Below, piece by piece: positions 52,221 through 64,000 of a DNA stretch of 64,000 nucleotides. A program made the translations under genes and the position numbers. Below the pieces are notes generated by a model, which made no database searches, had not been told where the DNA came from, and was given only the letters and a program-made list of their open reading frames with translations. This DNA comes from Podarcis vaucheri (taxonomy: Eukaryota), in NCBI GenBank assembly GCA_965113315.1, contig OZ220364.1; one strand, written 5' to 3'. How positions within the stretch are numbered: the stretch's first letter is position 1; every line of letters begins with the position of its first letter.

Positions 52221-52415
52221 CGAGGATCATCTAGTCCAACTCCCTGCAATTATTATTATTTTATATATTTATTAAATTTATATGCCGCTCATCCTCACAA
52301 GATCTCAGGGCGCTTCACAGAGTAAAATACAAGATAAAAACACAGGTAAATAATTTAAACAAAAACAGCAAAACAATAACTCCCCTTCCCACATAATATA
52401 GCAATGCAGGAATCT
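52214..52415 (-). mobile_element. CR1-tail SINE remnant interrupted by an L2-like 3' fragment (52251-52400)
   Basis: ATCATCTAGTCCAACTCCCTGCAAT|insert|GCAATGCAGGAATC with GCAAT duplicated; the insert has a (TAT)n tail and CTCAGGGCGCTTCACA. Confidence 0.62.
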
Positions 52416-55400
52416 CAACTATATCTAAGATTTAGGCACGTTTGCTGAACAGCTGCGATCATGTGCACGTTTGTCCACAACTCAGTGGCGCTTACTTCTG
52501 AGTAAGGGTGCCTAGGATCAGGCTGGGTAGGTACCACCACCGCTGCTGCCTGGGAGGTGGTTTTAGGACCGCGATCTTCCAGGGAACTGACTTGCCCTGA
52601 AATCTGTAAGCGCCACCCTCAAGTGGCAAGCGGTGTCCACGTCAGTGAATAGCTACCAGCCCTTCTTGTTTCGCCAGCAACGCCTCTTCTGTCACTTCTC
52701 CGTCAACCCGCACTCCAAGACATTTCACCCGCAAATTGTTCGGGTCTTTCCGCACTTACTAGTCACATTGGCAACGTTGCACTTTGAGCCAATGTTTTTC
52801 AGAGTGAATTCGGAGCTGTCTGTCTGCACCTTTGGTCCCATGTGGCTGTTATGGGAGAATGAGGGGAGGTTTTCTCTTCCACACTAATGGTCGGTTGTGC
52901 TCAAGTTGGGGAAAGTTCTGGGTCTGTAGTCCCACCACCTCGTGTTCCTCCAGCCACCAGGAGCTATGAGCATTTCGTGGGAATAACTTTTTAGCTTTGC
53001 TTATATATAATGCCTAGTATTACTGGAATTCTAACCGCATGGGAGGTTAGAAGAAATGTCCGTCTGAGCTAATCCCCGAACTCCCTTCCCTACTTGCCAT
53101 GTCTCTCCTCCCAACTGAAGGACTGGCACAGGAAAGTAGCGCAAAACAGACGACTCGAAACCACACCCACCCATCCAATTTCCCCACAGAAAGTGAGCTG
53201 GTGCTTGTGCACATGCCACCCTAAAGAAAATATTGAGGATCCGTTCCAGATCTTTGACAGGTGTCAGATGGCGGGGAGGGAAGAAAAAGCGTCCTTTTGA
53301 GGAAGATATTCCGGAATAGTAGCGGAATAATGACGACGTCGTGTGGCAACACGCCAAAACATCGAAAACAGCAACAACCCCATAAAGTGCGTGTGTAGAA
53401 TGGCCCTTTATTTTTGCACAAAGCCCCTCCAATGCCGACGAAGTTTTGCGCAAACTTGTGCGCAAACCCTTTCGCGTATCCAGACGCATCCCTGATGCCC
53501 AAATGTCGATTCTGAATACCTGCAAGTCTTTCATACATTCACCCTGCACTCAAACATGATCTCTCTTTCACATACACACGCACAGCTTTTTCCACAGGCT
53601 CAGTATTTTAAAAATGAAAATAAAGTCGGGGGGGGGGGGAGAGAGAGGAGAGGAAATTCTCGATCGTTTCCTTCGAAAAACCCCAAGAAATTAAAAGTCA
53701 GTTTTCCTGCCCCGGAAGGGAAGAAGCAAGATTAGGCCAGGAGACTCTCGGTGTCCTTATGAGTGAGGGAGCTGTGCAGATTTGGATCAACGGATTCCAT
53801 TTCTCTTTGATCTCCTCATTTTGAAAGGATCTTGATGAATAGTGATCTTCTGGGGCTCCTCATCCCCTTGTGTTCTTTGAGTGGAGAAGCCTCTTTCGCC
53901 ATCCCCCCACTTTTAAAGGATTATTGTCAAGTTCCTGAGAAACTGAGGACTGCTGGACAATGAAATACAAATCTCTTCCCATTCCTCGAAAGAAAGCGAA
54001 GTGTTCTTTTCCTCCTAAACAGGCTGGGGAGGGGAGCGAACCGGAGCTGCAATCCCGAGCGCTACGGCTGGGGAGTCAAATCCCATTGAGATAGTGGGAT
54101 TTAGGGCTGGGCTAATACGCTGAGGATTGCAGCTAATGTGAAAATTAGGAACACCTTTGGGGCATCTTGAGAATGGAGTTAAATTGAGCGAAAGATTGGT
54201 GTGTGGTATTTGGAGGTGCGGGGAAACAAGGATTGGTTTCTTCATTCCGGAGCGCACTCTTGGAATTTCTTTCCAAGACTGAAATCGTTAGAATATCCTG
54301 AAAGAACTTCACTTCGCTGGGGTTTTCATTTGAGAGTGTCTGTTCGTGATTACCAGCTTCTGTCGACTCAGTTGGAAAGTTCACGCTTGCCCCCCCCCCC
54401 TCTCCAAGCTTTGGCGACCCATAAAATTTCTTTCACTCCAAAAAGAGGGTTGACGGAGGGGAGAAAGAAACTTTTCTCTCGCTTTGAAAACTTGCGGGGA
54501 GCCTTCTGTCATTTTTCATGTTGCCACCACAGAAGATTCGGATCATAGGGAACTGAATTTCCTTTCCAATCTGGTTCAGCCCCCTCTACATGTCCACACA
54601 CCCCTTCCCGCTCGCTCCCTTCCGCGCATTTATTGTCTTCATTTTAATGTTCGCTGGGAGCTTGCAGCAGACTTCTATTTAAACAGAATCCGATTCGGCT
54701 TCGCTTCGCTTCCACACTAGCGGTAACCACGGGATCGTTTTCGGGGATTTTTGCCCCGAGTCTCATCTAGCAGTCAATTGACTTTTTGAGAAGAAGAAAA
54801 ATAAGCGGAGAGAAGGCTATTATTTCTTTACATTGATTTCACTAATTTTTAATTTTTTTGCACTTTTGTCCTCCGCGATGGCCCTGTGAGGCAATGAGGT
54901 GATTTTCGTCTTAATGGTCTCTTATTCCTACCCCACCCCTCTATACCTCAAAATGTAGTTGGGGGGGGCTTTCTGCTCATCCTACTGCGTGGGGGGCTCT
55001 GGAATAATGTCCCCAAATCGGCACCGAAGACGTCCCCCACCCCCGAAGGCAAGTTGCGCCACTATCGACGCGATACAGTCTTTCCCCCTTGACAAGAAAT
55101 CCATTGACACTGGTTTGAAGCGGATCCGAATTATATCGGTTGTACTGTCTCTAGCTTTTAAGCCTGTCCCTACCCGCGCCGCGAAACAAGGAAGACATGG
55201 GGAGCGGGAACCTTCACACTTCGACGTGAGCTCCCCCCCCCCCCCCACACGCACAGTTTCAGCCCGGACGCTGAAATCTATTAGACGACGGCGCGTCCTC
55301 CTGCGCGAAAGAATTTGGACGGCTTACACAGCCCCTTCTTCACATTTTAAGCGCCTTTACTGAGAAAATCCTTCCAACTCCAGTGAACGTGCCGGCATAG

Positions 55401-58400
55401 AGTTTTTCTCCCCTATGAAGTAAAGAAAGCCCTGTTGAGGTCACGGGAATTTGTTTCGGGGAAAACGTGGCAAGGATGGGGAGGCCGGTGTCCTTAGGAT
55501 CCGGCCCAAGTTCGGCTAACTATAGGATACTAACCATGTTTACTCGGAAGCAAGTCCCAGTGACTACTTTGGGGACTATCGAATATCTTTTTGCTGAAAA
55601 CTTGTATGTGCTTGTGTAACACACATGCGGCTTAGATCAGAAGCTAGATTGTACATGACAGTTGAATATGAGGGAAATTGGGGCTTCTAGGACCTGACCA
55701 AGAAAGAGGGCAGTAAATATAAATAAAATAAAATCCAAATTATTTCCAGGAGTTGGGCTCAAAGAACAGCGAACTTTCTGCCCCTCTAGAACAGAGAAAC
55801 TCCTTTCTTTTTTTCTAGCTGTCTCTCCTTATCCCGTCGGCAGCATAGAAAATGTTCTGGAGTGATTTAAGTCCCAACGCTGGAAGACGCTACAGGGGCA
55901 GAAATAAAAAAATAAGAGTTGTTTTTTTCTTCCTTGTAAAAGTTTTCTACATTCTGATATTCCTCCCTCCATTTCGAATAAACCAAATAATGCTACAATG
56001 ATGCAAATAATAAAAACAAGGATCAATTAACACACGTTGATAATTCCCCGCACCCCTTCCTTGTTATTTTGGACGCCAGTTCTAAATAAGCACATGAGCA
56101 AATGAGATTTAAATTGGGCCGATATTACTCCTAAGTATTGACAGTTCGAATTATTCGGCTCACTTGTTCCTAGTTTTCAGTGGAAGATCTCTACCTCCGA
56201 GTTCAGAAGTAAACCGTCATGGCTGGAAAATCCTACTGTCCCCCTCAGTCAAGCCGAAGTACTTTACTCAAAGTATGATTTGAGCAAAACGAGCTGCTTG
56301 GAAGGATGCCTCGCGGTTTTAGCCCCGAGCCACTTCTGCTGAAAGTGCTTGGAAACTCCCGCGGCAAAAGCGCGGCTTCACACGAAACCAGCTGTAGCGC
56401 ATCGCCGTCCCGTGTCACCGACGTTTCCATGTTATGTACGTTCGAGTTGCTCACGGCTTTTTATCTGGAAATAGGCACACTAAATAGTAAGGGTGTTGTT
56501 GTGGTTTTTTGTTTTATTTTACTTTACTTAAGAAAGGGGGCACACACACAGAGAGAGATTTGGGGCATCTTCGTAAAGCTAAAGTCCCACGAGAAAGGGG
56601 TTTTGAACAAGGTCCGCACGTGGCAAAAAAACAAGGGCGAAGCAGCTCCAGAAGCGTTGGGCGTGGAAACTGGTCTCACATTGTTATGCACGCCTTAGTT
56701 TCACTACGGTTCTGCTTCTAACTTTGCCTAGGATTGCAGTGAAACTTTAAAAGTAACTTGACTTTGTGAATCAGTTGGCGTAATATGGTTCTGCAGTGAT
56801 TTGTTCGGTAAGAATGGCAATGGGATCGCGACGCACTTAGAGCTAAGGCGAGCGCTGTGTGTGTTTGTGGTCATTTTTTGCTACTTTTCAGTTCCGGACC
56901 AACCTAAAGCCCGTCACGTCTTCGAATGGATGGATCGGGGCTCTTCCTGCTGTTCGTTTGAACCGAGCATCTGCCACCTTCCAAATCTCCTTCCTCGTGG
57001 CTGTGGGGGCTTCCCTCCCTCCTCCCAGGATGTGCGAAAGAGCCGCCCCCGCGCAGTCCCCGCGATCCGAGGATGACAGTAAAGGGCCGAGTTCCTTGGG
57101 GGTGTGGGAGAGTGGGAGTTACAGGAAATGGAAGAGAAACCGGACGATTCCCACCGACCCCCCCTCCCCGCCTTCCCTGGATCTCCCAGGAAAACGCTGG
57201 AAGCCTGGCAGACCGGCAACGATGCTGCAGGCAGCCAATGTCTGCATCCGACTTCTTCAAGAGACGTCATGCATTGGGAGTCGTGCTACTCGAGAGGAAA
57301 TAGCTCGGAGACACGGGAGGATCTGAGAGATCGTTTGCCAGGGGAAGATCGATCGGGAGGCAGGCGCGCCCTGAAAAATCAAGTCCTGCCCCCCCCCAAT
57401 CATTTCACAAAGTTTTTATTCTGAGGTCTGGCACAAGCCATTGTCTGTGGACTGGAGAGGGAGTCGGAAGAGGGATGAGGATGGGGAAGAGGGCCATTCA
57501 TTGCCCCAAGGAAGGAGGGAGGGAGGATGGGGAGGCAGCGATGAGGCCTCCTTCCCAGTGCTCCTGTGTGGGAAAAGGACTTCAAGAAGTTTGGATGGGA
57601 AAGGGAAGGGACAGGGCCCAGGAAGGGAGGCTCTTCGCGAGGCACCCCTCGAATATCCTCCCCAAAAAGGAAGCAAGACCAGTCGGTCAGACTTTGATGC
57701 GCTCAACCGGCTTTTTAGAAAATTTCTAGCATTTTCTTCCTCCTCCTCCTCCTCCGAACAGGTTCGAAACTAAGTTATTATTTCCATTTTCGAGACGATG
57801 GTCACCTCCGTATTAGCAAGAGCACAACCCCCTTTCTTAGCCTCATGGGATGGTTAGCCTGAGTGTAAACAAACGGCTCCCAGTTTCGAAGTGATTCGAG
57901 GACCGAGGCAGAGAGAAGGATGGACAGTCGGCAAAAGGGATCTTTGTTTGCCGGGACAGGGCTACACAGGACGGCTGCAGGAGGACAGAAGGTGTCGCAG
58001 TTCGAGGTGGGAGCGAAGCGCTGAACTGGCCGGACAGGCGGAGCAGGAGCGCGCGGCCCCACTGGGACAAGGGCCTAAGTGTGACAGCATCCCCTTACGC
58101 CCTGCTGTCAGTGGTACCTCGTGCACTAGAAGGCCGAGCATTTGCGCTCCGACTCCGTGAATCCGGAGCAGGCTGCTTCGATTCCCTTTACTAATCCGAA
58201 TCTCCACCTCACCCCACCCGCAGTCCCCAAATCTCGCCGTTTCCGGCTCTTTGATCGACGTGAGATGAAGATAACTAAGCCACACGATTTCGTGCTGGTT
58301 TATTCGACGTGCCCACTGAGTCACTGCGGCCTTAAGCAATCTTGACCGCACCCCCCCCTCCAAACTCGGTTAGACGGTTACTCAAATTATATGCCACTGG

Positions 58401-58657
58401 TATGCTTTGGGTTGCAGCAGCCTTTAAGCCACACAATATGCTGGGGTGTGTGTGTGTGTGTGTGCATGTGTGTATGTGGAAGTCTGGATGATGCTGGTGC
58501 GTGCAGGTAAAGAAACCAGCGTGCTGTTTTGCTAGAGCTCTTACTTCCCGCAAGGAAGATGAGAGGGGAAGCAGCGTTCATTGGGCAGCTGCCTGAACAG
58601 CCATCCCGCCCCCGTCTAAAAGATTCCTTCCCATCCTTTGGTCAATTGCACTCGAGT

Positions 58658-58777
58658 TAGCTCAGTCAGTAGATCTCAGGGTCGTGGGTTCGAGCTTCCC
58701 GTGGGACAAAAGATTCCTGCATTGCAGGGGGTTGAACTAGATGACCTGCTTGGTCCCTTCCAACTCTAAATTCTATG
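58658..58777 (+). mobile_element. tRNA-Lys/CR1-tail SINE with anticodon-arm deletion, at the edge of the HS3ST3B1 CpG island
   Basis: TAGCTCAGTCAGTAGA/TCTCAGGGTCGTGGGTTCGAGC ... GGGTTGAACTAGATGACC..GGTCCCTTCCAACTCT..ATTCTATG (CR1 terminal octamer). Confidence 0.82.
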
Positions 58778-58869
58778 TGTTACTCCAAGATCCTTCTTGA
58801 CTCCGCAGTCTCCGACGCCTCCAGGCCTTGTTGGCTGCTTCTTCACCGTAAGCGCATCTCTGCAGCAGG

Positions 58870-59135
58870 GACGGGGCGGGCGCGTGGAAACCACGGCCTA
58901 CCCGACGGGGCGGTCTGGTCTGGTCTGCCGCGAAGCAGCTCGCTAGCCTCGGCGGCCCCCTCTCCGCTTCTCTCTGCCGCGGGCTCTTTAACGGCTCATT
59001 AGCCAATAAGAATGGCTAATCGCCTCCCGCAGTTTCCCCGCTCCCCGCCCACGGGGGCGGCGCGGTTAGCCATTGGCTGCCTTTGCTCCACCAAAGGGGG
59101 CTAATTACCATGCGGCGAGCGGCTCTTATAGGCTC
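58870..59135 (+). promoter_or_regulatory. HS3ST3B1 proximal promoter: GC boxes, two CCAAT boxes, TATA-like element
   Basis: GGGGCGGG ~58873, CCAAT 59003-59007, CCCCGCCC 59043-59050, GGGCGG 59055-59060, ATTGG 59072-59076, CTTATAGG 59125-59132; 250-500 bp upstream of the ATG. Confidence 0.6.
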
Positions 59136-59244
59136 CGAGGGGTGCCAGTCAGGCGCGCCTGCTCTCCGCCCTCCCGCGCTCCAGCCTGGCCGGCCAAGGA
59201 GCGCTGCTGCGTTCGCCACTCGCTGCAACCGCGAGCGGGACTAG

Positions 59245-59997
<753 letters not shown>

Positions 59998-62900
59998 TAG
60001 CCTGGCGCCCTCTTCGTCGCGGGCGAGCCGTTAGAAGCCGGTCAGAAGGCGTAGCCCGCCTCCACCGGAGACCCCACGACCCCACCAGGGTGTGAATGGA
60101 CGGCAACCCGTCCACGTGTCTCTACTGACCCAAAGTGGGAGATTTCCCTCTGCCCCACTCCTAGGGAGAATGCGACTCGCTGAATTCTCTAGCAGTTTAC
60201 TGGTTACTTCACCCCCCAAAACACACAGGGCTTTTACTGGGTGTTGATGGGAGTTGAGCGGGTAAGGTAAGAGAGAGACCCGGGCCGAATCGTCCTGCTT
60301 TTCCATTGCACCAACAGTTACGCGCGGTGAAAGCCACCTCTGAAGCTCTTAGGAGTTTGAGTAGCCTTGACTCCCAAGTAACGGGTTTAGATGCGACTTG
60401 TTCGAGGGTTCTCTCTTCTCCCCGCTTTCCCTTCGGGGAAAGAGGGATGCGTTTAAAATGTGTCCGGGACCGTGGATGTGGATGGAAGCGGGAAATAACT
60501 GGCGTGGGTCAAGGTGGGAAGTAAGCAAGGGAGGCCACTGGCCCTCCCGGCCGAGCCGCCTTTAGAGCCTATAAGTGGTCCTGCCCACACGCCGCCTCGA
60601 GGGTCCTCTCCAAGCCGTGTTGTTTCGAGGCTCCGGTGGCCTCTCCAAGGTCTCCCTGCGTGGCCTCCAGTGTATCAGGCCTCAAGTATCCGTGACCCTC
60701 ATGATGGACGGGGTGAGACTCGGCTGCCCTGCAGTTATTGTTCCCAGGAGCCCCGGCGTGGATTAATTCCGCTGGGCGTTTGTATTGGGGGCTGTTTGTG
60801 TGCGCGCGTATTGGGAGGGTGGGAGCCAAGTGCCAGGAAGGGAAACTTTCCCTCGCTTCCAAATCGCTTTCATGCGCCGTAGCCGAACTCGCTCTAGATC
60901 CACCCCACTCTAAAAAGCCCGCAGCCCCATTCAGACGGCAGTGAGGTCCGTGTGTATCTGAGCAGCGCGCCGGCGAGCGAGTTTGAAGGCAGCGCAAGGA
61001 GGCGCCGGCCGTGCGCGGAGAGGTAGTGAGCTCTGTTGGGCGAAAGGGAGCACTGCAGCTCCTGCTCCGCCAGCCCGCTCGGGATTCTTCTTAATTTGAC
61101 ACGGGAACCCGGCGATCTGCTGTGCCGACTGAATCTCGGCAAACGCTAATGAAAGTTAACCTTCCATAACTTTCCTGGACCTGCTTTGTGGAGCAAACGC
61201 GCCTCCACGGGGTACTTTTTAAGGATCCTGGGATTTAAAACGACAAATAGATCTGGAATGGTTGTGGAGTCCTTTGGGCAGTTTCACGCGTCCTCTGGGG
61301 GTGCGAGGATGGTTTTAAGGCCTCGTAGTAGCGGTCATACCCACCCGATCCTGCCGAGTTTAAGTTCTGCAGGACTGGGAGAAAGAGTTGCCCTTCCCAG
61401 TCTAGACAGCGGCGGCTCCACTCCGTCTCCTGCGCGCCTTCTTCCTTGTCATTTTCAACAGCAGCTTCTCGCGCGCTTCACATTTCTCGGTCCTTGGCCG
61501 ATGGACTTCTCTCTTTGAAATGACGCTTTAGAGAGGAAAAAAGGGGGAAAGTTCTAAACAAAAATGTCCTGTTGAGGGTATGCAGGGAAAATCATCCAGA
61601 GTTCAAAATGAGAGCAGAGAGTGGAACGAAAGATCTTAGGCAACGGATTTTCTTAAGATCAGCCTGTGTGGTTTGACTTGCGATCTTGATCTCTCCGTTC
61701 TCTTACTAAAGGGGAGAATTTTGTTTGGGGGGGGGCAGAAATCCTCCGCTACCTTATGGGGGAAAGTGCTGTAGACACCAGTTATCAAGGCAGCGCCAGG
61801 TGGTTCTCTCCTCTCCTTCAGATGCATGGAAGAGCGGGAGATGGCGCGATTAAAAACACCACCACCCTGCAGTTTTTAAAGGGATCTGTCCGCTGACCTT
61901 CTGCACTTCATGGGGACTGACTGCAGACCTGCGAAGAGAAGCCTCTGAAGCATCTGTAATGGGATGCGGTCGTCGTCTGTGCAACATGTGTCAGGGCATG
62001 GAAATGAATCCTTGTACTGTCGAGGTGTCCATTGATTTATAGGGTGGTGATAACTTGGAGGGAGAGCCTTGTCTGTTATAAATAAAAATGGTTTTGATTT
62101 TACATTCCAAGCCCTGCACTCAGTCAGGTGACTTCCACTTCCATTCCCCCCCAACCCCCCCCCCCAGCTTGCAGAACTTTGAGTGAATCTGTGCAGGGAG
62201 ATGGAAAAAATACAAATAAAAATTCCAAACCTGTGCTATGCTAAGCACATGGCCGAGTTTCTGTTTGTGGTTGTTGTTTTTTTTTTTTCTTAGACCATTC
62301 TGTTTTAAATAGGACACAATTTAAAACATCTCACAGGGAAGAAGGGTTTGATTAAGGAAGAGCCAGAACAGTGGCAACAATTTAACATGTACCAATCAAT
62401 AGATGCAGTTGTTGCTTTCAGTAAAGGAAATTTGAGATGTATTTGTTTTTAAAGTAAAATGGAAAGACACAATGTAAACGTATTTGGAGACGCCAAGCTT
62501 TTTTGCTCATTTAGGGTCACACGAATGCTTCTTGGAGGAATTGTGGGCCAAGTGAGCAAGAGTGCGAAAGCAAAGCAAGGGCTTCCTGCCTTCTGCTCTG
62601 GCAGGAGGATCAAGTCGCTTGTTTGGTAGGCAGGCTGTGCTTGTCCCCGTCTTCCCGGCTCCTTCCTCCCCGGCTCTCCTTTGTCACTCCCACAGCCCAG
62701 CGCCACAGCCTTTGATTAGGGAGGCTAGTGCTAATTTTGTTAGCCGAGGCTGTGAAGAGCCGGATCTCTGTTATCCAGGGCGAGGGCCTTCAAGGTTTTC
62801 TAAAAGATCCTCCCCAAACTACAGCTTGTAGCTAATGAGCAGAGCTGTCAGGAAGACGAAAACCATTAAGTGTTGCTAAAGGCCAAACTAAGGGGGAATT

Positions 62901-64000
62901 TTCAACTAGCTTAGAAGTTGCGGGTTGGGTGGATGGAATGGGAGCCTGCATTTAAAACTCAACTCTACCTAAGTGGTTTAACTCTTTTTTTGGCGGAAAC
63001 TTAATCACTGGAAAGCCACATGCTTAAAGGGGTGCATTTGATGTGCAATTTTGTTAAACGACGAAACTCAAAAGCCTTAACACGTAACGTGGCTGGGAAG
63101 AAGGTCTGTGCTGTTTGTCACTCACAGCCGTATTAAAGTAACTAAAGTAATGATTACCTCCATTGAACCCCAACTTCACAGGATTTTTATTTGGCATTTG
63201 GCATGATTTTGGATGATGCAACCACCTTTTGATCAAATGTGCATGTCTGCACTTTTCTCGGGGTCAGTCTTATTTTCAGGATGGCTTTTAAAAAGCTGGG
63301 CCTCGCTAGATAAGCTCAGAGAGTCTGGAGTGCCAGTGACTTGATCGAAAAAGTTTGCAGGTTATGCAAATATGAATTATGCAGATTAGCTGGATGTCCA
63401 ATTGTTGCAGGCCTTGGAAAGATGCTAGTTGAAAGAATGGGAACCAAACATACGACCACCTTAATTGCCTAGAATAATATTCCAGCATCCTTGAGGAAAC
63501 TGAAATGGGTTTAGCACTGGGTTTATGAGCTTTTTTCTCTTCCTCCCTCCAGCCACACAAGCCATGGAGCATGGGATTCTACCTGCTTGGCATATTCAGC
63601 ACAATCCTGCAGTTTTACTCCTTTTATTTCCTCTTTCTCTCTCTGGTAAACTCTTTCTCCTTGAGACTGGCTCAGTGTATGCACAGTTACTTGGGAGTAA
63701 GTCACTTTGGATTTGCTAGGGATTCCTCCTGAGTAGACGGGCATAAAAATAACACTGTATGTAGCAGCATCTCTTTTTAAGACTGGCAGCCTTGCATATA
63801 GTATCCAAGCTTAGTTGAAGCCACTTTTATGTCAGCTGGAACAATGTTGCCTTAAAGGAGATGACATGTCGAAATGGCAATAGTTACAGGTGCTGATCTG
63901 GCTGGTGGCTTTTATTTAACAGGGATGTAACAGTTTTCCTAATTAAGGCCCAAATGAGCCCTTCTAACCCCCTCCCCCCCACTTTGCCAAATAGTCAATC

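Noticed and set aside
53031-53549. 172-aa minus-strand ORF and neighbouring 100-155 aa ORFs in 51-58 kb
   Set aside because: No recognisable domains or splice context; expected by chance in GC-richer DNA.
58109-58121. Solo CAGTGGTACCTCG identical to the MITE TIR
   Set aside because: No flanking TA, no partner TIR and no internal homology.

Overview
This is vertebrate genomic DNA, most likely from a squamate and probably a lacertid lizard, judging by its repeats (Bov-B/RTE tail, Squam3-like and tRNA-Lys/CR1 SINEs, CR1, L2). The + strand carries the last three coding exons of COX10 (heme O synthase; exons 5, 6, 7 at 3015-3085, 26124-26356, 37906-38312, phase-compatible GT-AG junctions). About 21 kb downstream lie the CpG-island promoter and first coding exon of HS3ST3B1 (59377-59957), the same gene order as human 17p12. 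The rest is intron and intergenic DNA with many transposon insertions whose TIRs and target-site duplications are readable, plus one assembly gap (44615-44782). The most striking item is a young Penelope-like insertion in COX10 intron 5 (14227-14523). It forms a perfect 96-bp palindrome and carries three minimal hammerhead-ribozyme motifs, two in tandem on one strand, the arrangement needed for dimeric self-cleavage. Also notable: a strong-Kozak overlapping uORF on the HS3ST3B1 start, a ~10-kb CpG-retaining domain, nested TE insertions, and an unexplained diverged direct repeat after COX10. Family names and exon numbers come from recalled consensus sequences, not database searches.
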